Of a stretch of DNA of 64,000 bases, positions 58,222 to 64,000 are shown piece after piece. This stretch comes from an uncultured Syntrophomonadaceae bacterium (lineage in GTDB: Bacteria; Bacillota; Dethiobacteria; DTU022). How positions within the stretch are numbered: position 1 is the stretch's first letter; each line of letters begins with the position of its first letter. Made by a program: the position numbers and the translations under genes. The stretch spans positions 84,525 through 148,524 of the forward strand of contig CAYQQK010000003.1 of NCBI GenBank assembly GCA_964420065.1, in the 5' to 3' direction. The notes beneath the pieces were generated by a model, which was not told the DNA's origin, ran no database searches, and worked only from the letters and a program-made list of their open reading frames with translations.

Positions 58222-59220
58222 ATGGAGGAACGGGAACAAGCGATCCTTTCTCCTTATGCCGCCCTGAGCGCTTGCACCGGCGGCCGGATCCGGAAGGAAC
58301 CCCCCTGCCCGGTGCGCACCGCCTATCAACGGGATCGGGATCGCATTCTGCACAGCAAAGCTTTCCGCCGCCTTAAGCACAAAACACAGGTCTTTATCGC
58401 CCCCGAAGGAGATCATTATCGCACTCGCCTCACCCATACCCTTGAGGTCTCCCAGGTCGCCCGAACCATCGCCCGGGCACTCAACTTGAACGAAGATTTG
58501 ACCGAGGCTATCGCTTTGGGGCATGATCTGGGGCATACTCCCTTCGGCCATGCCGGCGAAATGGCCTTGAATAAGCTTTGTCCCGGGGGTTTCCGGCATA
58601 ATGAACAAAGCTTGCGGGTCGTCGATCAACTGGAAGAAGGCGGCGGGGGAAAGGAGTGCGGCTTAAATCTTACTTTGGAAGTGCGGGACGGCATTCTCAA
58701 TCATACCGGCCCGCAAAAGCCGGTAACTTTGGAGGGTGGGGTTGTGCGCCTGGCGGATCGGTTTGCCTACATCAACCACGATATTGATGATGCCCTGCGG
58801 GCGGGGATCTTGAACCCCGCGGATCTGCCCCGACCCGAAATGGACTACCTCGGGCACACCTCGTCGGCGCGCCTTAACACCATGGTTGTCGATATGATCG
58901 CTCACAGCCTGGACCGGCCGCAAATCAGCATTTCAACGCAACTGCAACGGGTGATTGAAAGTCTCCGTTCTTTCATGTTTGCCCGTGTCTATACCGGTTC
59001 TCCGGCCAAACAGGAAGAATTTAAGACGGGACGGATGATCGAACAGGTTTTTTATTATCTTGAAAAAAACCCGGGATTGATTGTGCCCCCCGCGGATCCT
59101 TTGCACGGCGGAGCGCATGCACAACGGGTGACCGACTACATTGCCGGAATGACCGATCGTTTTATTATCTCGCTTTATCAGGAAATTTTTATTCCAAAGC
59201 CATGGCGTAGCCCGGGATGA
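58222..59220 (+). CDS. dgt: dGTP triphosphohydrolase-like HD-domain protein
   Basis: AFRRLKHKTQVF..., HD motif RLTHTLEVSQVAR...HDLGHTPFGH. Start at ATG 58222; no clear RBS there, so the start is uncertain. Confidence 0.7.
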   Translation: MEEREQAILSPYAALSACTGGRIRKEPPCPVRTAYQRDRDRILHSKAFRRLKHKTQVFIAPEGDHYRTRLTHTLEVSQVARTIARALNLNEDLTEAIALGHDLGHTPFGHAGEMALNKLCPGGFRHNEQSLRVVDQLEEGGGGKECGLNLTLEVRDGILNHTGPQKPVTLEGGVVRLADRFAYINHDIDDALRAGILNPADLPRPEMDYLGHTSSARLNTMVVDMIAHSLDRPQISISTQLQRVIESLRSFMFARVYTGSPAKQEEFKTGRMIEQVFYYLEKNPGLIVPPADPLHGGAHAQRVTDYIAGMTDRFIISLYQEIFIPKPWRSPG

Positions 59221-59497
59221 GTTGGAAAAACGCATGGAAAAGACGAAACCTGTGTAAAATAGGCAGGAACTGCTGTATTTGTGAATTTATTGACGAAGGC
59301 AGGAGTACCGTGGGTCGTGTCGAATAAAATACAAAACAGGAACCGGGTTTAAACTCAAATGCACGGCGGCGTAGTGGGAAGGGAACCACGATCGTTGTAA
59401 CCAAGAAGCGGAGGAATCAGGAGTGGGACGGGCCCCGTCTCCGGGCTATGGGATGGGGTTTTATTATCAAGTAAACCAACTTGGGACGGGTGAAGTT

Positions 59498-61327
59498 ATG
59501 TCACCGCCTATTCCGGAAGAAGCCGTTGACGAGGTCAGGCGGCAAAGTGACCTGGTCACGGTGGTAGAGGATTACATTAAATTAGAAAAGAAGGGTAAAA
59601 GCTGGGTTGGGCTCTGTCCTTTCCATGGTGAAAAAACCGCTTCTTTTTCGGTATCTGCCGAAAAGCAGCTCTATTATTGTTTTGGCTGCGGCGCCGGAGG
59701 CAATGTTTTTAATTTCATTATGCAGATGGAAAACCTTGCTTTCATGGATGCCGTTCGCTTTTTGGCGCAGCGGGCCGGGGTGAAACTGCCCGAAACGATA
59801 CGGCAGAATACTGCGACCCAGGCCCTGCGGGAAAAGGTGCAAAAGCTGAACGAGCTGGCGGTGCAGTATTTCCGGCATTGCTTGCTGCACACGGCGCAGG
59901 GGGAAAAAATTGTAGCCTATTTAGAGGAAAGAGGAATTGACCGTACTTCCAGCGAATTGTTTAACATAGGATATGCACCACCGGGATGGGATCAATTTCT
60001 GAAAACTGCCCAAAAAAGGGGCTTGTCTCCGGAATTGCTGCTCAAGGCCGGTCTGGCTTCCCCAAAAAAAGGGGGGGGTGCGTACGATCGTTTCCGGAAC
60101 CGTCTCATTTTCCCGATTTATGACCTGAAGGGGCGGGTTGTCGGTTTTGGTGGCCGTGCTCTCGCCAAAGGTTCGGGCCCCAAATACCTAAATTCGCCTG
60201 AAACCGTGCTCTTTGATAAAGGTTCGGTGCTTTACGGGTTGCATTTGAGCCGGGAACAGATCCGCCGTAGCGGTGAAGCGATCGTCATGGAAGGTTACAC
60301 CGATGTGATCACTGCACACCGTCATGGTCTTAAAAATACGGTTGCTTCTCTGGGTACCGCCCTTACCTGTATCCAGGCCCGCCTGCTTCGTGCCCAAACC
60401 CCGGTGGTCACGATCGCATTTGACGCTGATTCAGCCGGTGAGGCGGCGGCCTGGCGAGGTTTCAAAACCCTGCAGGATGCCGGTTGCCGGGTCAGGGTTG
60501 CCCTGTTTCCTCCGGGTAGTGACCCGGACAGTTACATGTGCGAAAAGGGGGCGGCGGCTTGCCGGGGGGTACTCGATCAGGCCCTCCCGGTGACGGAGTA
60601 TCAATTATGGCGGCTGCGGGAGCGCTGCGATTGTCGTGCTGAAGAAGGGCGACAGCGCTTCTTGCAAGAAGCGCTTGAACTTTTACAGACGATTTCCAGT
60701 CCGGTGGAGCGAGATGTTTATCTAAAAAAAGCGGCTGAAGAGCTGGCCGTCACTGAAGGAGCTTTACGGGAAGAACTGCAAAGGCGTGGCCGGGGTGTCC
60801 GTCTTTCCCAGTCTCCCGGTCATAATCTGGCTTCAAAAGATCAAACTACTAGTATTAAACAAATTACGGTCAACCCCGCCGAAAAGATGCTTTTAGCTCT
60901 GGTGATTATGAATGGAAGCATTGCCGGGATGGTGCGGGAAAGCTTGGATGAAACGGATTTCGCCAGCCCGGTGGCACGCCGTATTTTAGCGGCCGTTCGG
61001 CGGATGCATGAAACAGGCACGCCCCCGACACCCGAAGGAATGATTGATTACTTTTCTGAACCGGAAATTCATAAATTGATTACAGAAGCCGTTATGGATA
61101 AAAGTCTCTCCGGTTTACCTGGAGAAACGATGAAGCGTATGGCTCGGGATTGTATCAAACGGATCAAGCGATACGGCTTGATCCGAAGACGAGAAGCACT
61201 GGCGCGGGAATTGCAGTCTCTGGAGAAACAGGGACAGGAAGAAGAGGCCAGAAAACTGCGCCGGGAATGCCAGTCTATTTTAACACGCAAGCGGTCGTAC
61301 CGTTCCGTAGAAGGGGACGATTTTTAA
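59498..61327 (+). CDS. dnaG: DNA primase
   Basis: Zinc ribbon [13 protein letters not shown]...[11 protein letters not shown], then TOPRIM (VMEGYTDVI...FDADSAG). Confidence 0.9.
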   Translation: MSPPIPEEAVDEVRRQSDLVTVVEDYIKLEKKGKSWVGLCPFHGEKTASFSVSAEKQLYYCFGCGAGGNVFNFIMQMENLAFMDAVRFLAQRAGVKLPETIRQNTATQALREKVQKLNELAVQYFRHCLLHTAQGEKIVAYLEERGIDRTSSELFNIGYAPPGWDQFLKTAQKRGLSPELLLKAGLASPKKGGGAYDRFRNRLIFPIYDLKGRVVGFGGRALAKGSGPKYLNSPETVLFDKGSVLYGLHLSREQIRRSGEAIVMEGYTDVITAHRHGLKNTVASLGTALTCIQARLLRAQTPVVTIAFDADSAGEAAAWRGFKTLQDAGCRVRVALFPPGSDPDSYMCEKGAAACRGVLDQALPVTEYQLWRLRERCDCRAEEGRQRFLQEALELLQTISSPVERDVYLKKAAEELAVTEGALREELQRRGRGVRLSQSPGHNLASKDQTTSIKQITVNPAEKMLLALVIMNGSIAGMVRESLDETDFASPVARRILAAVRRMHETGTPPTPEGMIDYFSEPEIHKLITEAVMDKSLSGLPGETMKRMARDCIKRIKRYGLIRRREALARELQSLEKQGQEEEARKLRRECQSILTRKRSYRSVEGDDF

Positions 61328-62439
61328 TGGCCAAAGAGATACAGAAAATAGCCTCGATCGAAGATGTCCAGAAGGACTTGGTTGAACGCGGCAAAAAAAA
61401 AGGTACGCTTACCTACAAAGAAATTACGGATGCCATGCATACCTACGAACTGTCCGCGGATGGCCTGGATGATTTCTACGATAGGCTGGCCTTGCATGGG
61501 ATTGATATCGTCGATGATTCGGTCACGGATGCCGGCACGGTGGAGACGGCCGGGGGTGAAACGAAACAAACAGTGACGGATGATGCCGATCTGGATGTGC
61601 CCGAAGGGATCGCCATCAATGATCCGGTCCGGATGTACTTGAAGGAAATCGGCAAAATTCCGCTTTTAACCTCGGAAGAAGAAGTTGAACTGGCCATTGC
61701 GATTGAGAACAACTGCGATGATGCCAGGCGGCGTCTGGCTGAGGCCAACCTGCGCTTGGTGGTCAGCATCGCCAAAAAATATGTTGGTCGGGGGATGCTC
61801 TTTTTGGATTTAATCCAGGAAGGAAACCTCGGTTTAATCAAGGCAGTCGAAAAATTCGATCACCACAAAGGTTACAAATTTAGCACCTACGCAACCTGGT
61901 GGATCCGTCAGGCGATTACCCGTGCCATAGCTGACCAGGCCCGGACCATTCGTATTCCGGTACACATGGTTGAGACGATCAACAAGTTGATTCGAATCTC
62001 ACGGCAGCTGGTTCAGGAATTGGGGCGCGAACCACTGCCCGAAGAGATTGCGGAAGAAATGGGTATCAGCGAGGACCGGGTGAGGGAAATTTTGAAGATC
62101 GCCCAGGAACCGGTTTCTCTGGAAACGCCGATCGGCGAGGAGGACGACAGTCATCTCGGCGATTTCATCGAAGATCAAGAAGCCCAGGCGCCGGCCGACG
62201 CTGCCGCTTTTGAACTGCTCAAGGAGCAGCTTGAGGGCGTTCTGGACACCTTGACCCCACGGGAGGAAAAAGTGCTGCGCCTGCGTTTCGGATTGGATGA
62301 CGGACGTTCCCGGACTCTGGAGGAAGTCGGGCAATACTTCGGCGTCACCCGCGAGCGCATCCGCCAGATCGAAGCAAAAGCACTGCGAAAACTGCGCCAC
62401 CCCATGCGTAGCAAGCGCTTGAAGGATTACCTTGAATAA
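61327..62439 (+). CDS. sigA: RNA polymerase sigma factor RpoD/SigA
   Basis: Regions 1.2-4.2, including [52 protein letters not shown]. Start overlaps the dnaG stop (TAATG). Confidence 0.95.
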   Translation: MAKEIQKIASIEDVQKDLVERGKKKGTLTYKEITDAMHTYELSADGLDDFYDRLALHGIDIVDDSVTDAGTVETAGGETKQTVTDDADLDVPEGIAINDPVRMYLKEIGKIPLLTSEEEVELAIAIENNCDDARRRLAEANLRLVVSIAKKYVGRGMLFLDLIQEGNLGLIKAVEKFDHHKGYKFSTYATWWIRQAITRAIADQARTIRIPVHMVETINKLIRISRQLVQELGREPLPEEIAEEMGISEDRVREILKIAQEPVSLETPIGEEDDSHLGDFIEDQEAQAPADAAAFELLKEQLEGVLDTLTPREEKVLRLRFGLDDGRSRTLEEVGQYFGVTRERIRQIEAKALRKLRHPMRSKRLKDYLE

Positions 62440-62505
62440 AATACAAAAACAACAGCGGGGCAACATCCGGCATAAGAGGGATAGATAACAAGCGGCACCA
62501 AAACC

Positions 62506-62534
62506 TTGACGAACCTGAAAGCATTCGCTATAAT
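62506..62534 (+). promoter_or_regulatory. sigmaA promoter for tRNA-Asn (TTGACG-17-TATAAT)
   Basis: Near-consensus hexamers with 17-nt spacing, ~10 nt upstream of the tRNA 5' end. Confidence 0.5.
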
Positions 62535-62544
62535 GACATCAGGT

Positions 62545-62619
62545 TCCTCAGTAGCTCAATGGCAGAGCGACCGGCTGTTAACCGGTAGGTTGCAGGTTCG
62601 AGTCCTGCCTGGGGAGCCA
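62545..62619 (+). tRNA. tRNA-Asn (anticodon GTT), CCA encoded
   Basis: Cloverleaf folded by hand: acceptor TCCTCAG/CTGGGGA, D-arm GCTCAATGGCAGAGC, anticodon stem CCGGC/loop TGTTAA, T-arm GCAGGTTCGAGTCCTGC, discriminator G, CCA. Confidence 0.9.
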
Positions 62620-62623
62620 ATTT

Positions 62624-63001
62624 TTATACCCTATTCCCGGAACCGGTTTGTTTCTGAAGCAAGCGGGAACGAAAATAGTGGATCAGGCTGTGCCGCATTG
62701 AGCCCAGGTTTTTGAAGATGCGCACACCAAAAGCAAGGAGGGCGGCGTAGTAAATATCCACACCAAGGTGATCGCCCAGATAGGTAAGCATGGCAGCGAG
62801 TAAAGTATTGCTAAAAAAACCGCTGATAAAGGTAACCGGGTCAAAACGATCCTCCATGCCGGCTCGCAGGCCGCCGAAAACGGAATCAAAGGCGGCGAGA
62901 ATACCGATGGCAACATAACGCGAATAGGCAACCGGAAAGGTAAACGGGCAAAAGATTCCCAAAAGCAAACCGAGCAGCAATCCGCACAATGGCAGTAGCA
63001 C
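62624..63001 (-). CDS. sbp: Small basic protein Sbp (YlxX/DUF1290-like)
   Basis: 125-aa four-TM protein directly downstream of the DUF881 gene, as in ylxW-sbp. GTG start overlaps the upstream stop. Confidence 0.65.
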   Translation of the reverse strand: MLLPLCGLLLGLLLGIFCPFTFPVAYSRYVAIGILAAFDSVFGGLRAGMEDRFDPVTFISGFFSNTLLAAMLTYLGDHLGVDIYYAALLAFGVRIFKNLGSMRHSLIHYFRSRLLQKQTGSGNRV

Positions 63002-63711
63002 TACTTTTCCTCCTTTATAACCTGGCGCGCAAACCGGAAAGGCCTGCTACCAATATAGGCCGGTAAAGCAAGGCTTTCTTTTTTTTCAATCTGTATTTGA
63101 ATATTCCAGTATTGTAGAATTTCGATCACACCGCCGCGCATTTTAAGGGCTGTTTCCAGGGTGTCCGGATCACCGATGCCCATGACAATGTACGGCGGGG
63201 TGATACGAGTATTGTTCACCGAAATGGCAGGCCCGGCGCAACGAATTTCGGTTGAAGCCACAACTCGGTGCCCGTTGATCGTAATAGCCTCTGCCTCGGC
63301 CGCCTTGAGCTCGTTGACCAGTTTTAAAATATCCTCATCGTGAATCAGAAACAGGCTCGGTTCCTGGCCCGGGTGGGCCGCCTGGATGCTGTCGTTCAGG
63401 GTAATTACCACTCCCGGTCCGCTGAGCTCGGTCAGGCCGGCAGCCATTCGTGCCTGTTGCAACTCTTCGCGCACATCGGCTATCCGACTTTCATCATCGA
63501 TCATATCATTCAACTTGGCACTAAGGGTGTAAACCTGTTCACGCAGGGTATCCCGTTCCGATTCAGCCTGTTTAAGGAGGGAAACCATCTCTTCAAGCCT
63601 TTTTGTGGGCACGTTGCCGATGATTTCGGCCTGCGTCCGCAGCTGTGCCGTAAGGGTAAAACCTAAAATAATACAGATCAGTGTGACCCAGATCAGGCTG
63701 TTTCGTTTCAC
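63001..63711 (-). CDS. DUF881-domain protein (YlxW-like), second copy
   Basis: N-terminal TM, coiled coil, and a DUF881-like C-terminus (GPGVVITLND...IHDEDILKLVNEL...ITPPY). GTG start with a GGAGGAAG RBS. Confidence 0.7.
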   Translation of the reverse strand: MKRNSLIWVTLICIILGFTLTAQLRTQAEIIGNVPTKRLEEMVSLLKQAESERDTLREQVYTLSAKLNDMIDDESRIADVREELQQARMAAGLTELSGPGVVITLNDSIQAAHPGQEPSLFLIHDEDILKLVNELKAAEAEAITINGHRVVASTEIRCAGPAISVNNTRITPPYIVMGIGDPDTLETALKMRGGVIEILQYWNIQIQIEKKESLALPAYIGSRPFRFARQVIKEEK

Positions 63712-63961
63712 TTTCCGTCTTCCTCCGTGATCTTTGTATTGGTGCCAGAGATTTTCCTATAATCAATAATATCATCTGGGCCGCGCATCTCAAAATAACT
63801 TTTACTGTCATCGTCTATCTAGTTCCGATGAAGTTTTCGGGTTTCCTGAGCCGGGTGTGTAACTTCTTGACAACTTCCGGCGGGGTATGTTAAACTGCAC
63901 AAAGGGTTGGGAAGGCATTACTGCTTTTTTATTTATGGGCGGTTTTGGCGTAATTAAACTC

Positions 63962-64000
63962 GGGCCCATAGCTCAGTTGGCAGAGCAGCCGGCTCATAAC
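63962..64000 (+). tRNA. tRNA with CAT anticodon (elongator Met or Ile2-lysidine). Partial: the 3' part is beyond the window.
   Basis: GGGCCCA-TA-GCTCAGTTGGCAGAGC-A-GCCGG-CTCATAA-C shows the acceptor, D-arm and anticodon loop with CAT. A TTGACA -35 lies ~95 bp upstream. Confidence 0.65.

Noticed and set aside
1-64000. CRISPR arrays, IS elements/transposases, integrases, phage genes, toxin-antitoxin pairs
   Set aside because: No direct-repeat/spacer periodicity, terminal inverted repeats, or DDE/tyrosine-recombinase-like ORFs were seen. The only repeat-like structure is the tandem Wzy paralogy, which is a gene duplication and not a mobile element.

Overview
This window looks like high-GC (~58-60%) Firmicutes/Clostridia chromosome from a spore-former; the taxon is inferred from spoIIP, yqfC and yqfD being present. 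Gene order follows the Bacillus subtilis dnaK-yqe-yqf-glyQS-dnaG-sigA backbone: hrcA-grpE-dnaK-dnaJ-rsmE-mtaB ... rpsU-nfeD-floA-yqfB-yqfC-yqfD-phoH-pgpH-ybeY-dgkA-[DUF881]-cdd-era-recO-[UBA-like]-glyQ-glyS-PDRP-ppdK ... dnaG-sigA-tRNA-Asn. The 5' third is accessory-looking: feoAB, a DUF997 + sodium:solute symporter pair, IclR and GntR regulators, then an ~11 kb surface-polysaccharide locus (DegT aminotransferase, Wzz, Wzx, GT4, two tandem Wzy-like paralogs, GT2, an oligogalacturonide-lyase-like beta-propeller, GT2). After that come csp, acpS, iscR-nifS-iscU and spoIIP. cis elements I could read directly are a perfect CIRCE upstream of hrcA, a glycine T-box leader with a sigmaA promoter and intrinsic terminator upstream of glyQS, several intrinsic terminators and two palindromic candidate operators. 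Unusual items are a cytidine deaminase fused to a TrmO/YaeB tRNA methyltransferase domain, a GltD/SudA-like NAD(P)H oxidoreductase fused to ferredoxin and MvhD domains next to an iron-sulfur flavoprotein, tandem Wzy paralogs in a locus with no priming transferase, a frameshifted epimerase remnant, and an IscU with an ~20-aa insertion. I saw no CRISPR array, IS element, integrase or prophage. All protein calls come from reading translated motifs against remembered family signatures; no database search was run.
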